IMG/VR virus record: IMGVR_UViG_3300039008_000243
Location: 1-64,000 of that record
DNA length: 64,000 nucleotides
Reading direction: 5' to 3' (one strand)
From: a virus
Part shown: positions 48,201-54,617 of the stretch, in pieces
How positions within the stretch are numbered: the first letter of the stretch is position 1
How the letters are laid out: each line of letters begins with the position of its first letter
Notes under the pieces: model-generated
The model's database searches: none
What the model was told of the DNA's origin: nothing
What the model saw: only the letters and a program-made list of their open reading frames with translations
Position numbers and translations under genes: made by a program

Positions 48201-50033
48201 GTAGTAAAGCTTAGGGTCATGAACAGCCATACTTGGCGCTGTAGCAAAACCAGGTATTACCGTTGTATTTGCTGTAGGAGAGACAAACTGAAAAGGGAAG
48301 GTTAAAGGGTCTTCTTTACCTATCAAAGCGGTATAATTAGGGTTATACCAACCAGATTGGCCATATAAACCAGCACCTACCCCTACCCCAGTCATTGGTA
48401 CCCCCAACTGGTTAGCTAGTTGTACCCCTTGTTCCATAGGATATACTCCCCCAGAAAAGGCTGTACCAGATATTTTGATATCTGGATACTTTTCTTGAAT
48501 AGCCGCAGCTATAGAAGCTATTCTGACTGAGTCGGGATTAAAACCTTTGAAGGAAGTTCCTAAAAGTTTTTCAAAGTTTTGAATAGTAAATACCATGTCC
48601 TTAGAGATCTTTCCCCCAGTAAGATCCACAAGTAGATTCAAAAGTTCAGATTCAGTGTCGTTAGGAGATCTATCGGTATATGTATTAGGTACTGGGATGA
48701 CCGCAGTTTTTTCATTAAAAAGTGGGGACATCACATTAGCTATATCAGCACCCCCCTTACCCTTTAATTGTTGAAAACCTCCCATGGTTAGAACAACATT
48801 CTCTTTACCTTCTAAATTAGGCATTCCACCAGGTAATTTGACTCCCCTGGTCGCTACTTGCTCTCTAGCTAGATCTAAGGCTTCTCTTTGTATGACTTTA
48901 TTTTTGAATCTCAAAGGGTGCCCTAGTGCTTTGACTAATAAACCTATTAATTGCAATTCTCTTTTAGGTACTACCCCTCGCTGTTCTAGGAATTCATTAA
49001 AATCTGGGATACCCCCTTTAGATTTAGTATCCTTCATATATTGAATAAAAGCTTTTTTTAGTTCTTTGGGTTGCTTACTCATCTCTGTAGAGGCAATTGT
49101 TTGAAAAGCTTCTAAACGTTTCAAACTTTTTTGTAAGATGTTATCTACTGGATCTTTTAAGTTATCGCTAAAAATTTGTTTGAATACATTATTAGATACC
49201 TCTGTTTGAGTTCCATCTTTATTAGTAATAATCTCTTTATCAGTAAATTTTTGAGCATTTTTAAGCATATAGACCAGGTTGGCTAACCAATCTTCAGCGA
49301 TTAAAGATACTGCTCTCATTTTCCTAGCATCAAAAGTTGTATCAAAGAAATCAAACATTAATGCCTGTGCTTTTGTAATATCCGCTTTAAAATCTGATAT
49401 CTTTTTGTAATTTAAAGCATTAGATAACTCTTCAAAAGCAATTTTACCTTTTTCTTTGAAAAACTCAAAAGATTTTATAGTAAAATTATCAACTTTTTGA
49501 GAAAGATTGAGAGATTTTACGTTTAAAATTTTATTAAAAGATTTCTGAAACTGTCCTGAGATTGTTTCACCTATATTCAAGAATACACCTGAAAAGAGAG
49601 CTTTGAAAGGACTTGAGATAATGGAGGTAATTCTACTTAAAAAGCCTGTTTTTTGACTTTTAATTAGCTCTTTAATCCCTGCTTTAAAAGAAGATTGTAT
49701 AATATTACCTAAAAACTTATCAGACCTGTTAGATTGTTTTAAAAAGTCTGAGGTCTTTAATAAATCTAATCTTTTATTATTAGATACAGGTTTAGATGCC
49801 AAAGATTTTTTAGAATCTTGATAGGTGTTTAATTTATTCTCAAACCTAGCCAGGTTTCTATTTAGGCTTTGTAAATTACTGTTTAAAGTTGTAGTTTGAG
49901 GTGATCGAGTTGAAATAGAATTTAAGGAAGGTTGAAGATTTAAGAAAAAAGTTTGTCGATTTAATGCCGAAATATCTTTTTTTAATTTTCGGGTATTTAA
50001 GAAAGCATCAACACTTATAGAGGCTACTTGCAT
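39252..50033 (-). CDS. Tail tape measure protein, 3593 aa, with embedded M23 peptidase and lambda-R-like lytic transglycosylase domains
   Basis: A giant, mostly coiled-coil/helical ORF located downstream of the putative major tail and chaperone genes. See the domain features below. The C-terminus carries GG(R/K)IPYYPMGG repeats. Confidence 0.85.
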   Translation of the reverse strand: MQVASISVDAFLNTRKLKKDISALNRQTFFLNLQPSLNSISTRSPQTTTLNSNLQSLNRNLARFENKLNTYQDSKKSLASKPVSNNKRLDLLKTSDFLKQSNRSDKFLGNIIQSSFKAGIKELIKSQKTGFLSRITSIISSPFKALFSGVFLNIGETISGQFQKSFNKILNVKSLNLSQKVDNFTIKSFEFFKEKGKIAFEELSNALNYKKISDFKADITKAQALMFDFFDTTFDARKMRAVSLIAEDWLANLVYMLKNAQKFTDKEIITNKDGTQTEVSNNVFKQIFSDNLKDPVDNILQKSLKRLEAFQTIASTEMSKQPKELKKAFIQYMKDTKSKGGIPDFNEFLEQRGVVPKRELQLIGLLVKALGHPLRFKNKVIQREALDLAREQVATRGVKLPGGMPNLEGKENVVLTMGGFQQLKGKGGADIANVMSPLFNEKTAVIPVPNTYTDRSPNDTESELLNLLVDLTGGKISKDMVFTIQNFEKLLGTSFKGFNPDSVRIASIAAAIQEKYPDIKISGTAFSGGVYPMEQGVQLANQLGVPMTGVGVGAGLYGQSGWYNPNYTALIGKEDPLTFPFQFVSPTANTTVIPGFATAPSMAVHDPKLYYSDPTVRSEMERQMPGYVGSTLAPEYLAPTLALSNRINKLTRMQGTIDKFFADPDSVRTNNLLDAFNEVADAYQKQRKASLSNPIDDSNLNALLSAAGAGDQSVLVANAVYEKNAEYLDILGKFLGKKLQIPEEILTQLSPEDLSSTIRFISKAYQEIPQLQKSIRVGSKVIPEEEGVYSFFTSQSGQRQKRLEDFQGLLKYLKKDLNWGGLPDIIQNHLKTFEKVLNDFEKVLKENVDKDTEVPKALLELSEALHIFGKTSLKVNRREEIDIKKRLPSEFSTLLKSILAATGQSNIKDPAFYSKNNEEKASKLVDYGLWMENTKNLINLSDQTEEFSSQLKDFEKLMDDFHIALNNNIKLGTEIPKELLKDSIKVQKQISSLKLTPREDELENQIIKEFKPNAIKFLKYIAQFSEKELNNQKAQEISVNLEKFIISQGNKIQFDKITDEFNKKLEPFYLIIEEFKAALNDYIENGSKIPDDIFKKVLEAQSNLDSLDINRYKKPEAKSQKYFQEYAQKNFTPPEVRDAQKTSELVRESFKNVKAELKNNIDEANKQATSLYETAKNAQIAIKETYKALEGSDFATRWGSQIAQTLGQISQVIDKLDKMRVTGKLAFDLPEDKLKEKISEKVPVDLGSSYVAKILESVMQTDLRRAKTDLSSKLAGTPLKATINFNDLDDTTLQELTKNLENRLKKYNVFFEITPGEIDEKAFGAALKATIESFSEDSDTEINQLGQDIFSGLIEGIKDKLSVGEEELSKINQAIIQKMKDDFEIRSPSRITYHIGEAVAEGFIQGFDLLKEFMKNLPFGDILYELFEEAQAGIKGFTDSIGFDLTSVLGDFAGLAIAGTIVTTFSGQLFDLVDSAKEVTREFNGFKRTFSFALGGGEIGNNFFDDFTEKADKLGLSMQSALEGASQFLPATLGTPLEGQGAIDTLNNLQEFFAVRSTSRDATQRAFAAIIQSASKGQIYAEEIIGQLAEAAPGAVGIFARSQGQDIPSFLNRMRQGGVGSEALIGFAQQAAIETSSDLPKRLESASAIANRAENSFLRLQNSIGGVGLEIEKIVNKIKTIGFDFIDNNLSNIVKLSTSLIATLAAPGLMRSITLIKLFGTELIKIGKDQGIRGIGTQIKSWTNNAVISGLKTFVKQFLLINTVVEVANRMSMAFKNMSGDLKNFTQQAKLAQEELSKLTKNNEKTSQNTTVSSLERWWVRTIRGFDPGVVFRELLGEESLNDKDLDRLYKKNKKGFLNPFDNSFEEKVKRLKDSRLELAKLINLAKNLEKISKNTRFNNSVDQVISIDKKLTQIQEDKKALVVLEPNNTKKIKELFKIESEIVKKRYEALKPSAALQSQLSTRIDQLKKTSKILEKQRNEGLISSKEFIQQSKEVESVTKSLEEILENILKKLGLAATAFDLLKRQIIDSNIALEDTLGQITDISNATKISLASRNLTSGDLNFSKELSELVKIEGELQAQISTVDLKENLFNFNEVAQRTLKAFGVGAETGVAKIREIAERTESEQSKYLLEQYADFRDEQDALAETRISVLELRKALQDTIKDQLNQVLDFYKEQEKSLVDAKQEYKKALLTLKQSKATDKIATALIGSDDELISAYADLLIAEIESANNLAQAQLDKVSSNIASSREFDSILKSAQDLSKSIPGVIEITLDYQNIDKMILGFDKAKEIKEAIKYKAKDLNDLINKSKTLYKDVNNQLEETESSLKGSVTETENLEKGFKNLENVASGINNQFDTLVGKIVKTQKEIKETFKLNFEPNFGKENSNKLLSEKNSAQKFFDAVNKLSGNKSQKIKENLDNKTKTFVDGVQNLFNQVVKKDKEKLYASPSAKQSFDQVLKGSVSPGQAFWAKRLNRRTGKRTRIHSGIDFDSTEGLTSRDVVQAMFPGVIKTLKGWGRGTTDKVTGRPSNAIRVVSQLPGRKGQFYTDYGHMDMTTLKDLKPGQQIGAGKRLGKLSVNDKWSSGGHLDLKIRIPNDIKSLFKDTLSAGQGYSYVDVKQFMKWYKKQADAIGKKASTNLIENATTKFKKPGKNTTENYLDKFRKKLPPFPQQKAPTGGNPNLMPEIRRGGNDLSENEIKRLTSLGKRLYGLRNNPNILALSDAVARAEGTDFRKWTKNFGYGMLIGNENISDFSGHPFVEGGRPYRYNSSASGRYQMMDFNYSRSRVKRQFGKNARTDLESIINYQGQDTPKSFSPGLQDLYFIASLHKRGVLDKVLKGNFDQGTFNKIAPHWASIQYKGRKSYYGGQGTPEGQFKNIQTFTRKRLAARQKEPGVKRAESALSVLEKPTKLTEESLEAHKKQLLEFISKYKKPGQVKSKPGEINLEEHTKKLQDFIIADRKQKAGERGNIPAFQKAQTTIKNATELAKEAQQIKNQTAEIQKQNLNYSEQVKLIQNRKKANLAEVKEEKQRIKKLNDLFGLQKSLSQEIDPLKTRLGEFNQQILNIDEKFLGIIQEKKEEIKNLDQNIIAGQELIQIALDKQKPLLAEKLKIGVQNLKFEKENTQQLIDQLPLIQSQTKEKLRSLFTAREELELSKQAVENDKRRLSIQQANQSLLEAKKQIDPTLSQKDLVKVQNRNELEQQRVSYQEQLNSLQEKRINDPNYSIEQYLKEASGLSKVNELTKERLNLIGKFNQRQAAIQDDEDKLTRVREIEDLANNPAFQRRQLEIDQYRGNPFIKNRMSRELEREQENLRYKRELEDLELNQRKLIEANNAIPDNVFAKMKEDLAIINQMNLESINQKFKTFGDTLNEVGANAMQNLATGITDIIMGTSSLENVLDNFFNSILSQVLNTGLTSIFGGLFGGLFYEGGMVGRYPMGGRIPYYPMGGKIPYYAEGGTYPRYSQGLMDGLRKERSESGRDPRLAIVHEGELIIPADRTEELMRAGLTPEQLLGNLPSYANGGLVSTTSIPGRNQQTNMTVEYVSIGEMDYVTKEQFDQGIQQASRNGAEGGYNKVANQLRNDVNFRRNVGLQG
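41480..41900 (-). other. Lambda lysozyme (gpR, GH104-like lytic transglycosylase) domain inside the tape measure protein
   Basis: AVARAEGTDF...GYGMLIGNENISDFSGHP...SSASGRYQMM parallels lambda R: LAWSEGTD...GYDVIVGG..FTDYSDHP...STGAGRYQLL. Confidence 0.75.
42255..42640 (-). other. Peptidase M23 (LytM-type) domain inside the tape measure protein
   Basis: RIHSGIDFD (the H-x-x-x-D motif) and GGHLDLKI, at the position of the usual H-x-H motif, with the second His replaced by Asp. Confidence 0.7.
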
Positions 50034-50035
50034 AA

Positions 50036-50070
50036 AAATAAAGTCATAAATTTAATTTATGACTTTATTT
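50036..50070 (-). other. 35-bp palindrome (17-bp arms) ending 2 nt before the tape measure start codon
   Basis: aaataaagtcataaatt-t-aatttatgactttattt. Confidence 0.6.
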
Positions 50071-50084
50071 TAACATTATAATTT

Positions 50085-50342
50085 TTACTTATCTCTTAGG
50101 GGTGGTATAAGAGAGTCTAAATCTAATACGTCTTTTAGATTAGGTATATGATCAACATCAAAGCCTTTATTCACTCTCTTAGCTAAGGCATTCATATACT
50201 GACTAGCATATTCTCCACCAGAAAACCCGGATTGTACTACATAGACTGCCTGTATATTCTCTTTAGATTTAATCCTTTCTATTTCTTCTAATAAAGACAC
50301 CCATTCCCAATGAGGCAAATTAAGTGCATCAAACCTGGTCAA
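50085..50342 (-). CDS. Hypothetical protein, candidate tail assembly chaperone by position
   Basis: 85-aa ORF just upstream of the tape measure gene. The track start is a TTG embedded in a TTGACCAGG motif, so the start is uncertain. Confidence 0.4.
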   Translation of the reverse strand: MTRFDALNLPHWEWVSLLEEIERIKSKENIQAVYVVQSGFSGGEYASQYMNALAKRVNKGFDVDHIPNLKDVLDLDSLIPPLRDK

Positions 50343-50428
50343 ATTATAATAGTATCTTAAAACAGCTAATTCAGTTAGAATTTTTAAGTGGTACTTTTCT
50401 AGTATTTGACCAGGGTCTTCCCTTTTTT

Positions 50429-50911
50429 CTATTTCCCCTTTTTTATTTTCTCATTTTCTTCTTTATCATATTCGGCTAAGCCTTCACTAATAAAGCTAAA
50501 TAATTCATTAAGAACCACCAAAGGGCTAATACTTAAATTATTTTTAGATAAGTATTCTTCGATGATTTCGTCAAGCTCTTCTACAGAGTTTAATTTAGCT
50601 AGCTTATAAACATAAGTACTAATATGACTACCAGCTAAAGTTTGTTTTTCTTGTATTTTAGTAAATAACGTTTTTCTCTTTTTCCAATTTTCTTCATTTA
50701 TAAGATCTTCTGCGCTGAGAGCATCTAATTCATCTTGTAACTTAGTTGTTTGATCTATGACAAAATTAGAATAAAGACGACTTTCTGATATTTCTATACT
50801 TACAATTTCAGGTAGATATCTTGGGTGATAAAATTTTAGATTTAATTCGGGAAAAGATAGAAAAGGTTTTACTTTATCTCTTAAAATATCCGTCAGTTTT
50901 ATGTTTTTCAT
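50429..50911 (-). CDS. Hypothetical acidic protein, candidate tail assembly chaperone by position
   Basis: 160-aa acidic ORF between the major-tail candidate and the tape measure gene. Confidence 0.45.
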   Translation of the reverse strand: MKNIKLTDILRDKVKPFLSFPELNLKFYHPRYLPEIVSIEISESRLYSNFVIDQTTKLQDELDALSAEDLINEENWKKRKTLFTKIQEKQTLAGSHISTYVYKLAKLNSVEELDEIIEEYLSKNNLSISPLVVLNELFSFISEGLAEYDKEENEKIKKGK

Positions 50912-50950
50912 TTATAATTAGCATTGTGGCTTATATTCATTATAAATATA

Positions 50951-51004
50951 CCATAAATAAAAGCTTGCATAATTTTTATTAGTCATGCAAGCTTTTATTT
51001 ATGG
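50951..51004 (-). terminator. 20-bp perfect-stem hairpin after the putative major tail protein gene
   Basis: ccataaataaaagcttgcat (50951-50970) pairs with atgcaagcttttatttatgg (50985-51004) around a 14-nt loop. Confidence 0.65.
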
Positions 51005-51021
51005 TAATTATTAAGAGATAA

Positions 51022-51657
51022 TTAAGGGTCAGGGTATTCTGCAATAGGAAGTAAAGATAAATCCCCACGTAGGAGACGATCCTTGCCTGTATCAGGGTTA
51101 GGAAATGCGGTACCTGTTAAAGTCCAACTAAATTGCTGCTGTAGCCCAAAATTAGGTGTTGCATCTGCCTTAATGTTAACCCAAGGCATTACGTACCAAT
51201 TTTCTTTGTCAGTATCAATTTCGTCTCCACAAGCAAAAGGACGAATTACTACTACTTTATAGGGGAGCTCATCACAGTTCCCTACAGTTAATCCCCCTTT
51301 ATCTGAAAAGCGATGTAGACCAGGGTCTGTACCTGGAACAGCACCCGGAGTGTAAACGGTATTAAAGGCTCTTTCCACTAGGTCTGTGGACTCTTGAGCA
51401 ATACTTGCTGTGAACATTACCTCAAGACCCGTGAAAGTCTCTGAAGTTGGTTGTTCGGACACTTGGGTGTTATTTCCTTGAGTCACGTCTCGGATCGTAA
51501 TAACTAAAGGCTCTAGTTGGTCAATTTTGGTTAAAACCAAAGTAGAATCCAGTGATTGCCAAGTAGGGAAAAATACATCATCTACCAGAGTTTTTAAGTC
51601 TGCTGGGTAAAGACCTATGGAGACTTCCGCAGGAAATCTTCCTGGAGATTTAGTCAT
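51022..51657 (-). CDS. Putative major tail protein
   Basis: 211 aa. The position (head-tail genes, this gene, strong hairpin, chaperone candidates, tape measure gene) matches the canonical siphovirus order. No motif recognised. Confidence 0.5.
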   Translation of the reverse strand: MTKSPGRFPAEVSIGLYPADLKTLVDDVFFPTWQSLDSTLVLTKIDQLEPLVITIRDVTQGNNTQVSEQPTSETFTGLEVMFTASIAQESTDLVERAFNTVYTPGAVPGTDPGLHRFSDKGGLTVGNCDELPYKVVVIRPFACGDEIDTDKENWYVMPWVNIKADATPNFGLQQQFSWTLTGTAFPNPDTGKDRLLRGDLSLLPIAEYPDP

Positions 51658-51764
51658 AAGTTAAATTAATGTAATTTCTTATATGGGATTTAAAACAATT
51701 ATACCATAACAAGATTTGCAAGAATATTTAGAAAAAGATAAGATTTACTTATATAAAAATTCTA

Positions 51765-51827
51765 TTGACAATTAATTAACTAGTTAATATAATAGGTACA
51801 TAAGACAAAAACAACTGGTTACTCAAA
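51765..51827 (+). promoter_or_regulatory. Early promoter-operator-leader cassette P4 (inside the late structural region)
   Basis: TTGACA 51765-51770, palindrome ATTAACTAGTTAAT 51775-51788, TATAAT 51788-51793, leader gtacataagacaaaaacaac.... Confidence 0.75.
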
Positions 51828-52199
51828 ATGGAACACTATATCAATAAAGCAGCCGCCAAAAGAATTTTAAACACCCCCCACATTTATTCTATAAAAGAAG
51901 TTAATGGATCTATTCTAGTAGTTTACAGAAAAAATTATGGTAAAGCTTCAACTTTCCTTAGCAAAAAAGTTTTTAAAAGAGATCATGAAGAATTGATGGA
52001 AAAAGGATCCAAAAGTATTAGAGTTCTTTCAATTAATACTAAAAATTATACAGCCCAAGTAGTAAATATAGAAAATGGTTGTGTATATCATGTGGATATT
52101 CATAATAAAACTTGTACTTGCAAACACCACGAAAACACGGGAGCTTTTTGTAAACACTTAAAAGCTGTTGATAATGAAATTATGTCAATACCTTTTTAA
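51828..52199 (+). CDS. SWIM zinc-finger protein
   Basis: C-terminal CTCKHHENTGAFCKH matches C-x-C-x(n)-C-x-H. Confidence 0.6.
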   Translation: MEHYINKAAAKRILNTPHIYSIKEVNGSILVVYRKNYGKASTFLSKKVFKRDHEELMEKGSKSIRVLSINTKNYTAQVVNIENGCVYHVDIHNKTCTCKHHENTGAFCKHLKAVDNEIMSIPF

Positions 52200-52248
52200 A
52201 TTAATTTGACCAGGTTATAAGAATTTAAAATAATTTAGGGAAATAGAA

Positions 52249-52893
52249 ATGGACAAAAAAGAAACTTTAAAACTAATCAACAAAATTCAAAATGGCCAGG
52301 TGACTTTACAAGATACTTTAGAGATTTTAAAAGAATCTTTAGAATACAAACCCCCAAGTGTTGAATACTACACACCTATGGTAATTATACACCTGATTGA
52401 GAAAGTTTTTGTAGATTCTATAGATCTTGATCCTGCTAGTTGTGAATTAGCTAATAAGTTCGTACAAGCTAAAAAATATTATTCTAAAGAGGATAATGGC
52501 TTTATTAAACCCTGGTCAGGTAAAGTCTACTTAAATCCTCCTTATGGGTATGTGAGTAAAGAAGAGAAAATCTCTCAAATGTATAAGGGTAATTTAAAAA
52601 GGAATAGAACAGAAATATGGTTAGAAAAAGCTTTAAATGAGTATAAAAAAAGTTCTATAAAAGAATGTATCTGTTTAGTGAATAGGACAGGGGCACAATG
52701 GTATCGAGATGAGGTTAGAAATAAATTTAATGCCATTTGTGAGGTTAGCAAGAGGATACCCTTTATAGAACCTAAAACTGGCTTACCAGCAAAACAACCT
52801 AGATACTATAATGATGTTTTATATTTAGGGTTTAATATAGATAGATTTATTTCTATATTTGAGGAAATAGGGGAAACTAGACAAATAAACTAG
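52249..52893 (+). CDS. Phage Dam-family DNA N6-adenine methyltransferase
   Basis: YYTP...IDLDPAS...KPWSGKVYLNPPYG...CLVNRTGAQWY...ICEVSKRIPF matches the layout of the phage Dam (T1/P1-type) family, with the NPPY catalytic motif. Confidence 0.85.
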   Translation: MDKKETLKLINKIQNGQVTLQDTLEILKESLEYKPPSVEYYTPMVIIHLIEKVFVDSIDLDPASCELANKFVQAKKYYSKEDNGFIKPWSGKVYLNPPYGYVSKEEKISQMYKGNLKRNRTEIWLEKALNEYKKSSIKECICLVNRTGAQWYRDEVRNKFNAICEVSKRIPFIEPKTGLPAKQPRYYNDVLYLGFNIDRFISIFEEIGETRQIN

Positions 52894-53270
52894 TAAAATG
52901 TGTAGCACAAAAAAGCAAAATATTGCAAAGTATCTTGTAAATATTTGCAATCCATATTACTAGACAATTGAAAATTAGTCTTGGGTTCAGGGCAAAAAGC
53001 TAACATAAGTTCCTGAACTCTCCTGATTAAACCTTGTGGTTTTGTCAAAATCAAATCTTTATTGGCATAAAGAGTGATTTTAATCTTAGGTTGTTCAATA
53101 ATAGGATTAAAGTACAACCCTGCTGATGAATCACTAATAGTCTCAACAACTACCTTGGGTTTGTCTGTAGATAAACCTGAAGGATGTTCAGGTAATATCT
53201 CGACATCAGTTAAATTGTTTTTTAGATAATCAAAGATTTGTTTACGGTACTCAAAACGTATGCCTAACAT
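52890..53270 (-). CDS. Hypothetical protein, candidate tail completion/head-tail protein by position
   Basis: 126-aa ORF at the end of the head-tail gene string. Confidence 0.45.
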   Translation of the reverse strand: MLGIRFEYRKQIFDYLKNNLTDVEILPEHPSGLSTDKPKVVVETISDSSAGLYFNPIIEQPKIKITLYANKDLILTKPQGLIRRVQELMLAFCPEPKTNFQLSSNMDCKYLQDTLQYFAFLCYTFY

Positions 53271-53556
53271 AGATATGGCCAGGGAAATTATAGAGTATGG
53301 AACAGAGATTCAAAGTTTTGGAGGCAGTTTTAGATATAAAGTCTTAGGAGCTGTTTGTTTATTATATGATAAGTCCCAATTATCATGGTTTAATCCTGAA
53401 AAAGAGCAAAGATTTGTTTGTGATTTAGCCACAAAAAATAGGGCAAGTTATGTAGTTGAACTACTAGATTACCCTAAAATTGATGATAAAATTAAATTTT
53501 TGACTTCGCCTAAAAATTTGAAAAAAGACTTGAAAAATTGGTGGTATAACTCCTAA
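53260..53556 (+). CDS. Hypothetical protein (single plus-strand gene wedged between minus-strand head-tail genes)
   Basis: 98-aa ORF that exactly fills the gap between 53270 and 53553. Confidence 0.4.
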   Translation: MPNIDMAREIIEYGTEIQSFGGSFRYKVLGAVCLLYDKSQLSWFNPEKEQRFVCDLATKNRASYVVELLDYPKIDDKIKFLTSPKNLKKDLKNWWYNS

Positions 53557-53885
53557 GAAAGCTCATTTAAGATGTTATTCCTAATAGTATCTACATGACG
53601 AGACAAAATTGAATATCTAGCTTCTAACTGGAGTACATAATCAGTTGGTTTATGTACTCCAGTTTCTTTTATGATACCTGGAGCAATGACCCCTCCAACA
53701 ATTAAGCTATGTCTTTGAAAATCTTCATCAGATTCTACTCTGATAGTAGAATAAGCTCTTTGGGTATCAATATTGATAGTCTCTTGAACAGCCGGGACAG
53801 AGTTTTCTAAACCTTGCCTAATTTTTTGACCTAAAAATTTTTCTAGGTCTTCAACTCTTTGGAAAATTTTCATATTTATTCCCAA
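53553..53885 (-). CDS. Head-tail joining protein, HK97 gp10-like (tentative)
   Basis: 110 aa. The N-terminal pattern VEDLEKFLGQKIRQGLENSVPAVQE is reminiscent of the gp10 family, and the position fits. Confidence 0.45.
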   Translation of the reverse strand: MGINMKIFQRVEDLEKFLGQKIRQGLENSVPAVQETINIDTQRAYSTIRVESDEDFQRHSLIVGGVIAPGIIKETGVHKPTDYVLQLEARYSILSRHVDTIRNNILNELS

Positions 53886-54307
53886 TCATCCTCATTGATT
53901 TCTTCAACATTTTCACTATCCAACAAAGGATCTATAAAAGCATTAGTATTACGTCTGGGGATGATATAACCCTCAAATCTTTGACCAATAGTACATTCAA
54001 TTTCTTTCCACCTAGTTCTATGCCATTCATCTAGGATAAAATCTCCCACAATAGAGCCATCATCCCCTGGTCGAACAGAGGAAAAATCTGAATTACCTGG
54101 ATCTACTACTATAGGGGCTCTTAGGGGTGCTTGGATTGTTAAAGGAAATTTATAGGGTTTTACACAATTCCCTTGCAAACGAAATCGCTGCCCATAAGTC
54201 CCAGCCTCACGAACAGCTAAATTACGTTCATCTTTTTTTCTTAAACAGACCAGGTACTCAACACCCTCTATAAAAAGTTTTGCATTAGGTTTGTATAAAT
54301 CAGACAT
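53876..54307 (-). CDS. Hypothetical head-tail adaptor candidate
   Basis: 143-aa ORF overlapping its neighbours by 8-10 nt. Confidence 0.45.
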   Translation of the reverse strand: MSDLYKPNAKLFIEGVEYLVCLRKKDERNLAVREAGTYGQRFRLQGNCVKPYKFPLTIQAPLRAPIVVDPGNSDFSSVRPGDDGSIVGDFILDEWHRTRWKEIECTIGQRFEGYIIPRRNTNAFIDPLLDSENVEEINEDDWE

Positions 54308-54566
54308 CTACAACTTTTTCAGTGTTTATTTTAGCCTTGGCTGTACTTCTTTTTACAGTTTTATTTGCAGATTCTTCATTATCTAAAATTATTAGGATAT
54401 GATTATCAACTAATTGATTAAAGCTTTCATGAGTTTTTAGTCTCTCTAATTGACCAGGGGTGATTTCATTAAAACCCTGGACTAATTTAATTACACTTGC
54501 AGAGCCATTGCGAAAAGTTCTAGGTGTTTTTTTAGTATTTTTGATTACAACTTTATTAGCATTCAT
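54300..54566 (-). CDS. Hypothetical protein downstream of the capsid gene
   Basis: 88-aa ORF. Confidence 0.45.
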   Translation of the reverse strand: MNANKVVIKNTKKTPRTFRNGSASVIKLVQGFNEITPGQLERLKTHESFNQLVDNHILIILDNEESANKTVKRSTAKAKINTEKVVDV

Positions 54567-54617
54567 AAGTTTTCCCAGATTTTTACATATTAAGAGCTAA
54601 AGTTTCGGCTCATTTCA

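Noticed and set aside
50085-50911. Programmed -1 frameshift between tail assembly chaperone genes (G/GT-like)
   Set aside because: The two candidate ORFs are separated by an 86-bp non-coding gap containing an inverted pair of the heptamer. I saw no overlapping frame or slippery heptanucleotide.
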